Shown here: one piece after another, positions 7,871 to 14,990 of the stretch
How the letters are laid out: each line of letters begins with the position of its first letter
How positions within the stretch are numbered: position 1 is the stretch's first letter
Virus record (IMG/VR): IMGVR_UViG_3300027706_000085
Coordinates: 1 to 42,930 of that record
Strand: one strand, 5' to 3'
From: a virus
Taxonomy: Duplodnaviria; Caudoviricetes
Length of the DNA: 42,930 nt
Notes under the pieces: model-generated
Told to the model about the DNA's origin: nothing
Database searches by the model: none
The model's input: the letters and a program-made list of their open reading frames with translations, nothing else
Position numbers and translations under genes: made by a program

Positions 7871-8092
7871 CTAGGACGCTGGCTTTTGCAGCACGTTCCG
7901 CGCGGCATTGACCGCGTACGGCACGGTCACAAACGCGCCCAAGCCGCCCATCGTGAGCGCATCAGGTATCGCGTGGTTCTTGACCACGACAAACACCAGC
8001 ACTGCGCACGCCACTAGCGAATGCACGGCCATGAGTACGCGGCTCGAGGAGCCTTGCCCTTCATCGCTGAATACTTCGCGCCAAAAGCTCAT
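7871..8092 (-). CDS. Putative holin (2 TM)
   Basis: FSDEGQGSSSRV + two TM helices; directly downstream of the endolysin. Confidence 0.7.
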   Translation of the reverse strand: MSFWREVFSDEGQGSSSRVLMAVHSLVACAVLVFVVVKNHAIPDALTMGGLGAFVTVPYAVNAARNVLQKPAS

Positions 8093-8571
8093 CCGTCTTC
8101 CTCCATCGCCGCTCGCTGGACAGCCACGCGGTTGCTATGCGCAATGTCGCGGTAGAACTTCAGCCGCCCCACATTGAGCGTATTCACATAATCCGCTGGA
8201 TTGCCCCACGCCTTCGGCCAGCCCATGGTCGTATCGTGGTAGTAGGTCGCGCCTTCGGTAAGGTCATCGTCGAGGCCCGTAATCACGCCAGAGGCCGCAG
8301 AGAGCGAATCGGTCCAGCTGGCATCTTCGTCGGGCCACTTCTCGCTGTTCGGGTCGTTCGCGTTGAAGCTAGAAAACTGCCACGGCTTCAAAATGACGCT
8401 CTTCCAGTCGCTGCCCCACCAGCCGCCGCGCTTCACGCGATTCGCAATGACATGCGCCACGCCGCGCTTGCCGTCTTGCGATTCTCCTCGCGCTTCCCGC
8501 CAAACCGCCAGCGCCACTAGCGCAATGTCGGAAAGGCTCTCATAGGGCTGAGGCTTCACGCGATAGTCCAA
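8089..8571 (-). CDS. Endolysin, SleB/Hydrolase_2 cell wall hydrolase
   Basis: LAVWREARGESQDGKRGVAHVIANRV, KPWQFSSFN, TEGATYYH, VGRLKFY. Confidence 0.92.
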   Translation of the reverse strand: MDYRVKPQPYESLSDIALVALAVWREARGESQDGKRGVAHVIANRVKRGGWWGSDWKSVILKPWQFSSFNANDPNSEKWPDEDASWTDSLSAASGVITGLDDDLTEGATYYHDTTMGWPKAWGNPADYVNTLNVGRLKFYRDIAHSNRVAVQRAAMEEDG

Positions 8572-8843
8572 TACATTAGGGTTGAGCCTGGGACTTTGTG
8601 ACGCTTCACCTTGCCCAACTTCGCCAGCCGATATAAATCCGTGCTCGCCTTGCTGCGGCTAACGCCGCGCTTTACCGCATATTCCGACGCCGTGAAACTA
8701 TTTGGCGGACGCCTGATCAGCACATCGCGCTCGATTGCTTCCATGCGCTCCCACAAATCGATTGGAGCCTTGGGCTTCAAGGCATTCACAGGTGCACGCG
8801 GCGTTGTTCTGGCAGTGGATAGATTCTTTTTTGTACTTCGCAA
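8556..8843 (-). CDS. Winged-helix DNA-binding protein
   Basis: FTASEYAVKRGVSRSKASTDLYRLAKLGKV; start uncertain. Confidence 0.6.
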   Translation of the reverse strand: MRSTKKNLSTARTTPRAPVNALKPKAPIDLWERMEAIERDVLIRRPPNSFTASEYAVKRGVSRSKASTDLYRLAKLGKVKRHKVPGSTLMYWTIA

Positions 8844-9622
8844 GGGTCCTCGCCTCTTTTCTTGGCCTCGCCATCAAGACGCAAGATGACCGCGCCAATA
8901 TCTGGAATCATTCGGTAGCGGGAATTTTTTCTCATGTATGATGTCTGGACCTGCCATGCGGGAAGGATGATGGCGTGCTTGGATGGATGCTCGACGTGAA
9001 CGAAATAGTGGGCGTGGCCCCTGACGATTACATCCGCCTTGGGGGCCTTCCCTTCCTTGCCGGAGAGCGCCGACCACAATGCTTCGCGGTCAATCGCCAC
9101 GGCGCGGTATAGCCCTCCCGATACGCTGATGCCGTGCGAGAAGTCGAGTCCTACGCCGTCAACATCTAAATCGAGCACTTCCTTCGCGTGCGTGCCAGTT
9201 CCCAGCCCCTCATACGTTGCCGCGCGCAAATCCTTAGCGACATTATCAACGGAGCGGCCAAGCTCGTCGTCGTGATAGAATGTTCCCTTTACGAAATAGG
9301 TCTTGCACTTAGCCCTGTCAAACAACGGTTTGAGAATTTTGACCGACGCCGCTTCTTGATCGCAGACCAGGGGCAAGCACAATTCCGCGCAGCGACTTTT
9401 CGGCTGCTTCCCTTCCACTACATCGCCCACTACAACAATGGCATCGAGCGGCTCGGCGCATGCCCAGGCAATCATGTCCTGCCAGCAATTCCATAAATGC
9501 TTCTGAATCGGGTTTTGCGGTACAGGCTGGCCCGTGGAAGCTACGAAGTCAGGCGGCAGCATTCCGTATATGGAACCAGGGTGAATATCAGAGACGCACA
9601 GTATCCTTCGCCGCTTACTCAT
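8786..9622 (-). CDS. Calcineurin-like metallophosphoesterase
   Basis: VSDIHPG, VVGDVVEG, KGTFYHD, FSHG, RGHAHY motifs. Confidence 0.88.
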   Translation of the reverse strand: MSKRRRILCVSDIHPGSIYGMLPPDFVASTGQPVPQNPIQKHLWNCWQDMIAWACAEPLDAIVVVGDVVEGKQPKSRCAELCLPLVCDQEAASVKILKPLFDRAKCKTYFVKGTFYHDDELGRSVDNVAKDLRAATYEGLGTGTHAKEVLDLDVDGVGLDFSHGISVSGGLYRAVAIDREALWSALSGKEGKAPKADVIVRGHAHYFVHVEHPSKHAIILPAWQVQTSYMRKNSRYRMIPDIGAVILRLDGEAKKRGEDPCEVQKRIYPLPEQRRVHL

Positions 9623-9804
9623 TGGATGCGCCTCGGCGGCGTTTTTCCCTCAATCTTTCGCGGCGGTTTGTACTCTTCCTTGAGCTGCCGGATGACGTGC
9701 GACAGCTCAACGAGCATCTCCTGCGGCATGTCGCGTACTTCCCTGATGCACCATGTGCGTATCTCCTCCATTGCGATATAGGTCTCCTCTGGGTTAGTCA
9801 GCAT
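9619..9804 (-). CDS. Hypothetical protein
   Basis: Coupled ORF. Confidence 0.6.
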   Translation of the reverse strand: MLTNPEETYIAMEEIRTWCIREVRDMPQEMLVELSHVIRQLKEEYKPPRKIEGKTPPRRIQ

Positions 9805-9997
9805 GGCCGTTCATGCTTCGCGGATACCGCACGCCATCCGCATGAAGCGCGCCTTCGCGCTCCTCATGCAAGTGCGGGCGGAATTCCGTCAGCAGCCACA
9901 TGAGTCTGCGCATGGCTAGCCAGCCGCCAATCAGCACGGGAACAACGACAATCCCGCCTTGCAAAAGAAGCTGCGTCCAGTTAATTGTGTGTTCCAT
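9794..9997 (-). CDS. Single-TM membrane protein (holin/antiholin-like position)
   Basis: N-terminal TM, charged C-terminus, start of the lysis block. Confidence 0.6.
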   Translation of the reverse strand: MEHTINWTQLLLQGGIVVVPVLIGGWLAMRRLMWLLTEFRPHLHEEREGALHADGVRYPRSMNGHAD

Positions 9998-10304
9998 GCC
10001 CGGTCCTTGGGTTCAGATATGCGCGGATGGCCGCTTCATGCTTTTCCAGCTTGCCAAGCAAGCCGTTGCAGAAGTGGCACAGCAATCCGCGAAATCGTTT
10101 CGTTTTATGGTCATGGTCGGTGACGAGCCGGTCGCGCTTTTTCTTGCAAATCGCGCAGTGCCCTCTTTGGCGTTTGTACGCGCTGCGCCACGCCATTTCC
10201 GAAATCCTGTACCTGCTCCACAGGTATGAAAAATAGGCGCGCCAGTCGAAGCTGCAAGCATCCAAGCGCGGAGGGAACCGCCTTTCTCGCAATTTAACTT
10301 TCAT
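9981..10304 (-). CDS. Endonuclease VII-like (His-Me) nuclease
   Basis: YKRQRGHCAIC...LVTDHDHKTKRFRGLLCHFCNGLLG. Confidence 0.9.
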   Translation of the reverse strand: MKVKLRERRFPPRLDACSFDWRAYFSYLWSRYRISEMAWRSAYKRQRGHCAICKKKRDRLVTDHDHKTKRFRGLLCHFCNGLLGKLEKHEAAIRAYLNPRTGHGTHN

Positions 10305-10443
10305 GTTTCCGATGGGGCCTGCGTCTTGTCCTGCGGGATCGTGGCGCTATCGCAATGCGCAGCTCCGCGAAGAGCCGCTGGATCGCATGCAGCATCTTCG
10401 TTTCGAGTTTGGTTAGCCTGTGGGTTTCAGGGACATCGTTCAT
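10294..10443 (-). CDS. Small basic hypothetical protein (49 aa)
   Basis: Manual translation MNDVPETHRLTKLETKMLHAIQRLFAELRIAIAPRSRRTRRRPHRKHES; ATGA overlap. Confidence 0.45.
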   Translation of the reverse strand: MNDVPETHRLTKLETKMLHAIQRLFAELRIAIAPRSRRTRRRPHRKHES

Positions 10444-11381
10444 TGCGTGACGGTGAACGTGGAGCTTGCCACCTGCATAGGCACACCGTTCTTTGCGAAA
10501 TTCAGCGTCAGCGTGTGCGGCCCGGGCGGGAAGTGCAGGCAGTTGTTTCGCTCATCGCAGAGTTGCGCTTCTTCGCTGCACGTCGTATCGCCGATTACGC
10601 AGCCATTCGCGTTGAACGCCGCAAGGTTGGTGTAGTTGATGTTGTAGGCAAGCTGGCCGACTCCCATGTTCATGAGTTGCGGAGGAGGAGGAGTCGCGCC
10701 GCCCCCGCCAGCGGCCTTGAATGCCGCTGTCGTGAAGGTCCACGAAGTCGCAGTCGTTGTCGTTCCAATGGTGGGCTGCTGCGATCCAGTTGCCGCCACT
10801 ACCTTATCCTCTAGAGCAAGGCGCGCGTCGCTGCCCTCGACGGTAAACCCTGCACCCGCCGACCATGTGGTATCGCCGCCCAATCCGGCAGCGCCGATGA
10901 CGAGGTCGTTCGCGTTGGTCGTCGTGCAGGCCGCTCCGGTGAGCGTTGAGGTGTTGCTCGTCCCCGCAGTCTGCGCCTGACAGTCTAGGCTCGAAGTCGT
11001 GGCAAGACCGCTATACTCGAAAATAACAATCGCCATTGTGCCGGAAATGCCGCTTGATTGCGTGCAGGTGATACCATCTTTCGTTCCACCGATGGCGTTC
11101 TCGACGTAGAACACTTGGCTCATATGCGCGCCGGACTGAACGGCAGCCGTGAGCGACTGCCAGGTATTTCCTTCGCTGTCGGAGACGGATAGAGACCAGC
11201 CCGCCTGATTGCCGCTGCGACACAGCACAATGTAGTTGTTCCCTGCTACTGTCGCGTTGACGAACGTTCCGACGATGGAGGTATTCGCCGTGCCCAGATT
11301 GTTGGCGGTCTGCACCATCGTGATGGCCGCGCTGGCAGGCAGCGCCCAAAGCAGTGCAAGAAGTAGAGCGAGTTTCTTCAT
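10440..11381 (-). CDS. Secreted beta-rich T/S/G-rich fibre/adhesin-like protein with Sec signal peptide
   Basis: ATG 11381 with GAGG RBS: MKKLALLLALLWALPASA|AITMVQ; beta-rich domain, PPPP linker, Cys-paired C-terminal domain. Confidence 0.75.
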   Translation of the reverse strand: MKKLALLLALLWALPASAAITMVQTANNLGTANTSIVGTFVNATVAGNNYIVLCRSGNQAGWSLSVSDSEGNTWQSLTAAVQSGAHMSQVFYVENAIGGTKDGITCTQSSGISGTMAIVIFEYSGLATTSSLDCQAQTAGTSNTSTLTGAACTTTNANDLVIGAAGLGGDTTWSAGAGFTVEGSDARLALEDKVVAATGSQQPTIGTTTTATSWTFTTAAFKAAGGGGATPPPPQLMNMGVGQLAYNINYTNLAAFNANGCVIGDTTCSEEAQLCDERNNCLHFPPGPHTLTLNFAKNGVPMQVASSTFTVTQ

Positions 11382-11773
11382 TGTTTCCTCTTGTTGTTGA
11401 GTCTGTAATTCTCGATTGCCGACCGTCCTGGTATCGCCGCCGCCGCGACGGGACTCCACCAGTGGCCAATGAAACGCCACGTCTTGCTGGGGTCATCCTC
11501 TTCAACGTGGTAGGAGAGCGCGTGCAGCGTGAACTCCACTGCGAATCCAGCCGAACTGAGCGCCACTACGCTTTTCACATCGGGATGCGGGCTGAGTGCG
11601 GGGTTGGTTTCGACGAGGCCGTGACGGGCGTTTATCGTGCTATGTGCATCCGCTGCCATGCAGCCTGCGATAATAGCCGCGCCAACCCAGAATTTCTTCT
11701 GCTTGTACCACGGCTTGGCTTGCGCCAATGGAGCGAGCAGGAACAGCGAGAGAATTGGAGCTAGATATTTCAT
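11378..11773 (-). CDS. Signal-peptide membrane protein, DUF5658-like (D-x-x-x-T...E-x-N-P)
   Basis: MKYLAPILSLFLLAPLAQA|KPWYK...ADAHST...VETNP...HWW; paralog of 14166..14606. Confidence 0.7.
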   Translation of the reverse strand: MKYLAPILSLFLLAPLAQAKPWYKQKKFWVGAAIIAGCMAADAHSTINARHGLVETNPALSPHPDVKSVVALSSAGFAVEFTLHALSYHVEEDDPSKTWRFIGHWWSPVAAAAIPGRSAIENYRLNNKRKQ

Positions 11774-13812
11774 TGCGCTACCACTACCGCTTTCACGTTG
11801 GCCAGCGTCTCTGCCGCTTGTGTGGTGAATTGGATGGAGATGAGATCGCCTGTTGCATAGGTCTGTGTATGTGTGATGTCGGTGCAACTGGTGCCTGTTC
11901 CGAGCGTGCATGTCATCGTGGTAGTCGAGCCGTTCTTGAGCACGGTAACGACCCCGCTAGATGCGTTGACGCCGCCCGTTCCCGCCGAGACAATCAGCGC
12001 CTTGAGTGTGCCCGCGCGAGTCATCAGCTTGCCCGCGCCGATTGTCGTGCTGGTACAGGTAGTTAATGTGACATTCGGGCCTGTGCCGTAAAGTCCAAGT
12101 GTGGAAGCGGCGGAAGCGACGCCGGTGCAAGCGCCCTGCACGCCGTTGCCCGCTTGCACCGAGTATGTTACGCCGTTCTGAATTAACCCAGTGGTGCCCG
12201 CCGTCCATGCCGTTGTGCCATCGTCGTTGACGATGCCGGAGGTTCCCTCCGCCGCGAATTGTGTTGTTCCGCTTGGAGTGACAGTGGAATTTTCAAAAAG
12301 GTTGACAGTTGCTCCGCCCGACCCGAAATGGATGCAGCCTACAGCAGCACCGTTCGTGCACAATATCGTGCCGCCATGAATGTTGATGGTTGCATTTCCG
12401 CCAGACGGATTAAGGCCATCTATTCGGTCCCCGAAAAAGTTTACTTTCGCACCCGAACCCACCACGAAACTTTGTCCCGCCGAGGAGCTTGACCATGTTC
12501 CGCCAGTGCTATTTAGCGTTCCTGTTCCCGTTACAGATGCTCCTTGCCCCGTGTCTCCGACGAACGGCCAGTAAACGTTCACGGGTTGACCGCCCAGAAC
12601 AATGGACCATCCTGGGACACCGGCTGCATCAGACTGGCAATTGATGCAAGTGGCAGGCGCTCCAATCTTGATTCCCGTGAAGCTGCCGCCGCCTGAGAAA
12701 ACGGGGCAGAGCGCCCACACGTAAAGATTTAGTCCCATGAAATTCGCATCGGCACCGATTCCCTTGAGTCCTGCAATAGCGGAAGAGCAACCATTTGCGC
12801 CGCTGTTGCCGCCACCGAAAATAACGAAATCATGCTCGTAGAGTTGCGAAATACCAGAAAGAGCCAAGCCCCCGAAGAAACAAAAGCCGGAAGTGGAACA
12901 AGTGTTCCCTGTGCCAGGGGAAGTGCTCCATGCAAAGGACGGGCTTGGAAGAATCGTGGTTGAAGTTCCCGCGCCGCAACCCGCGATGGTCGGCATGAAA
13001 TTGATGTTCACATTCGGGTTGGAAGAGATGCCATGCTCCACGATGGATGCGCCGCATGGCAGTTGTAGCACGGCGGGCGCATTTTTGAGTTGCGCAATGA
13101 AAGCCGTCCAAGCCGCTTGCCAGCCCGCATCGTCCACATCGCCCCAGAAGAGACATGCTGTCCCTGTGGCGTTCGAGTTAGCATTCAGTGTGATTTGCGT
13201 ATCGGAGTCCACGCTCCTGACCGTAGTGCGAGCGATGCGTGCCGTTCCTGTTAGCAGACAACTCGCATTCGACCAGGCTACTTGCCCGACAGACGCCGTA
13301 GTCAGGAAATTACATTCGCCGGAGGGGCAGGTGACTACTCCGCTGGCATTGGTGACGCTCGCATCCTGTACCCAGTGCGCGTTCGCCTTCACGCCATACG
13401 CCGAGGCGGTTACGATGATTTGTCCAGGTCCTAAACTTGTGCCGCTGCCCGCCGCCCCTGCCACGCTGAAAAAGCTGTTGCTGTTCGCGTCGTATTGGAA
13501 TGCGCATACCGTAGTTGCGTTGGCCGTGGTGTCCACAGTGCATGTGGAATTGATGCTTCCCGCCGCATAGGACCACCCGCTCACCGCATGGCCGGTGGAA
13601 TCCTGTGTGAAGATGAACGTAATCGTAGACGGCGGAGTGCCTGTGGAACTGATATTAATGGCCGTGACAACCTGATTCACCTGAATCTTAAAGCTGTTGC
13701 TGGTGCTTACGTTAGCGGTTATGACGCCGCTGTTTATGGTGAGAACCTGCTGCGCCAGAAGCGGGGACGCGCATAGCAGCGCGAGAAGTAGAACGAGTTT
13801 ACCTTTGAACAA
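11770..13812 (-). CDS. Tailspike/fibre-like beta-helix protein with Sec signal peptide
   Basis: TTG start with GGAGG: LFKGKLVLLLALLCASPLLA|QQ; FTQDSTG fibre motif; YGVKANA...DDAGWQAAW...LQLPCG pectate-lyase-3-like entry. Confidence 0.75.
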   Translation of the reverse strand: MFKGKLVLLLALLCASPLLAQQVLTINSGVITANVSTSNSFKIQVNQVVTAINISSTGTPPSTITFIFTQDSTGHAVSGWSYAAGSINSTCTVDTTANATTVCAFQYDANSNSFFSVAGAAGSGTSLGPGQIIVTASAYGVKANAHWVQDASVTNASGVVTCPSGECNFLTTASVGQVAWSNASCLLTGTARIARTTVRSVDSDTQITLNANSNATGTACLFWGDVDDAGWQAAWTAFIAQLKNAPAVLQLPCGASIVEHGISSNPNVNINFMPTIAGCGAGTSTTILPSPSFAWSTSPGTGNTCSTSGFCFFGGLALSGISQLYEHDFVIFGGGNSGANGCSSAIAGLKGIGADANFMGLNLYVWALCPVFSGGGSFTGIKIGAPATCINCQSDAAGVPGWSIVLGGQPVNVYWPFVGDTGQGASVTGTGTLNSTGGTWSSSSAGQSFVVGSGAKVNFFGDRIDGLNPSGGNATINIHGGTILCTNGAAVGCIHFGSGGATVNLFENSTVTPSGTTQFAAEGTSGIVNDDGTTAWTAGTTGLIQNGVTYSVQAGNGVQGACTGVASAASTLGLYGTGPNVTLTTCTSTTIGAGKLMTRAGTLKALIVSAGTGGVNASSGVVTVLKNGSTTTMTCTLGTGTSCTDITHTQTYATGDLISIQFTTQAAETLANVKAVVVAQ

Positions 13813-14041
13813 AGGAGCCTCCCCCGGAAATCTGTCCGGTGCCGGATTGCAACAAACACACATTGTCGGCGGCGGTTGCCGTCTTGAAGTGCCAATAGCC
13901 TGTTGCGGGATTGGTCCAGCCTTCGTTGGCTGCCCAGTTCTGGCCCGTGGCTACGGGAACGGCGGGCATGGCGGGCGGCGCAACCGCAGCCACGGCCCAA
14001 ATCAGCCCAGCTAGGACAGTAAATCGTTTTACCTTGCTCAT
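13799..14041 (-). CDS. Short secreted protein or truncated fibre fragment (80 aa)
   Basis: MSKVKRFTVLAGLIWAVAAVA... signal-peptide-like N-terminus; overlaps the next start by 14 nt. Confidence 0.5.
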   Translation of the reverse strand: MSKVKRFTVLAGLIWAVAAVAPPAMPAVPVATGQNWAANEGWTNPATGYWHFKTATAADNVCLLQSGTGQISGGGSFVQR

Positions 14042-14128
14042 TAGCTCGCCTTTCGCCTTGTTTTCGCCAATTCCAATCGCCGTAACTCTTGCGGTATCGC
14101 TGTGGGTGGGTTTCGATTTAGTTTCGTC

Positions 14129-14165
14129 TTGCGGATGACGGCACTTTACTCGTAACATCTGAGGC
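14129..14165 (+). promoter_or_regulatory. Leaderless sigma70-like promoter for antisense moron 14166
   Basis: TTGCGG-N18-TAACAT-N7-ATG; homologous to 16993-17029. Confidence 0.6.
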
Positions 14166-14606
14166 ATGAAGTATTTGGCTCTTCTTGCTGTGCTTTTTGC
14201 GGTTCCCTGCTTCGCGCAAGAGCGTCCTAAACCCATCAAAAAAGAGAAGGTGTGGATTGCGCTCGCTGGACTATCTGCTGCATCCGTTTTGTCCGATGCC
14301 GCGGCCACCATGAGAGATCGTGACATTGCGGACGGATACGCGAGGACATACGGCCCTAATGGGTGCGGCATTGCCAGAAACCAGCCCTGCGCGATGACGG
14401 AAATCAATCCGCTTGAACGCCCCTTTGTGAATTTGCCGAAGCCTGCATACTACTCCTGGCGCATCGGTGAGGCTGCTTTCGCCTCTTACTTGGGCTTGCG
14501 CATGAAGCGAAGCCATCGCTGGATTCGGCATATTTGGTGGGTGCCTCAAGCGGTCACAATCGTCAGCGGTGCGGTTGGTGCGGCCTACAGCGCAAGTCAT
14601 AGGTGA
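14166..14606 (+). CDS. Signal-peptide membrane protein, DUF5658-like (antisense moron)
   Basis: MKYLALLAVLFAVPCFA|QERP...SDAAAT...TEINP...IWW; paralog of 11378..11773. Confidence 0.75.
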   Translation: MKYLALLAVLFAVPCFAQERPKPIKKEKVWIALAGLSAASVLSDAAATMRDRDIADGYARTYGPNGCGIARNQPCAMTEINPLERPFVNLPKPAYYSWRIGEAAFASYLGLRMKRSHRWIRHIWWVPQAVTIVSGAVGAAYSASHR

Positions 14607-14609
14607 GCT

Positions 14610-14792
14610 ATGTCCCCAGAATTAGCTGTAACTCTCGTAGGAGCCTGCTTTCTCATTCTCGTTATGCGCCGATGGGGAGCAAGCAAGTACCCTGTTCTGG
14701 CTTGGCGTGTAATCTTTGCCTTCATTGGAGCTTCTATTGTTTGGGTGATGATGAAACTGCGTCGTAATCGAAATGTCTCACTGATTCGCTAG
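14610..14792 (+). CDS. Two-TM small membrane protein (superinfection-exclusion candidate)
   Basis: Two TM helices, basic C-terminus; antisense moron. Confidence 0.65.
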   Translation: MSPELAVTLVGACFLILVMRRWGASKYPVLAWRVIFAFIGASIVWVMMKLRRNRNVSLIR

Positions 14793-14954
14793 GTCCCTCA
14801 AAATGCGGCTGGCATATGCCTGCTCTTCTGGCGTTCCCTCGCGCGCCAATTTCCGCAACCTCTCCCCAGGCGTCGGCGTTTCAGCGTTCCAGACTTGCTG
14901 CACATCGCCTGGAGCGATGCTGAATGGAATTGTTGAAGCTGAGTATATTGGCAT
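14778..14954 (-). CDS. Chimeric 58-aa ORF ending in a copy of the ejection-protein C-terminus
   Basis: TAAGGAG RBS; MPIYSASTIPFSIAPGDVQQVWNAETPTPG-ERLRKLAREGTPEEQAYASRILRDLANQ; 23/25 aa identical to the end of 17142..18542. Confidence 0.7.
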   Translation of the reverse strand: MPIYSASTIPFSIAPGDVQQVWNAETPTPGERLRKLAREGTPEEQAYASRILRDLANQ

Positions 14955-14990
14955 TGTTTGTTTCTCCTTAAATTCGCGCCATCCCGCCGC

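Noticed and set aside
11759-14180. Invertible tail-fibre segment bounded by the inverted MKYLA gene starts
   Set aside because: Only about 12/15 nt similarity, explained by paralogy; no invertase gene in the genome.
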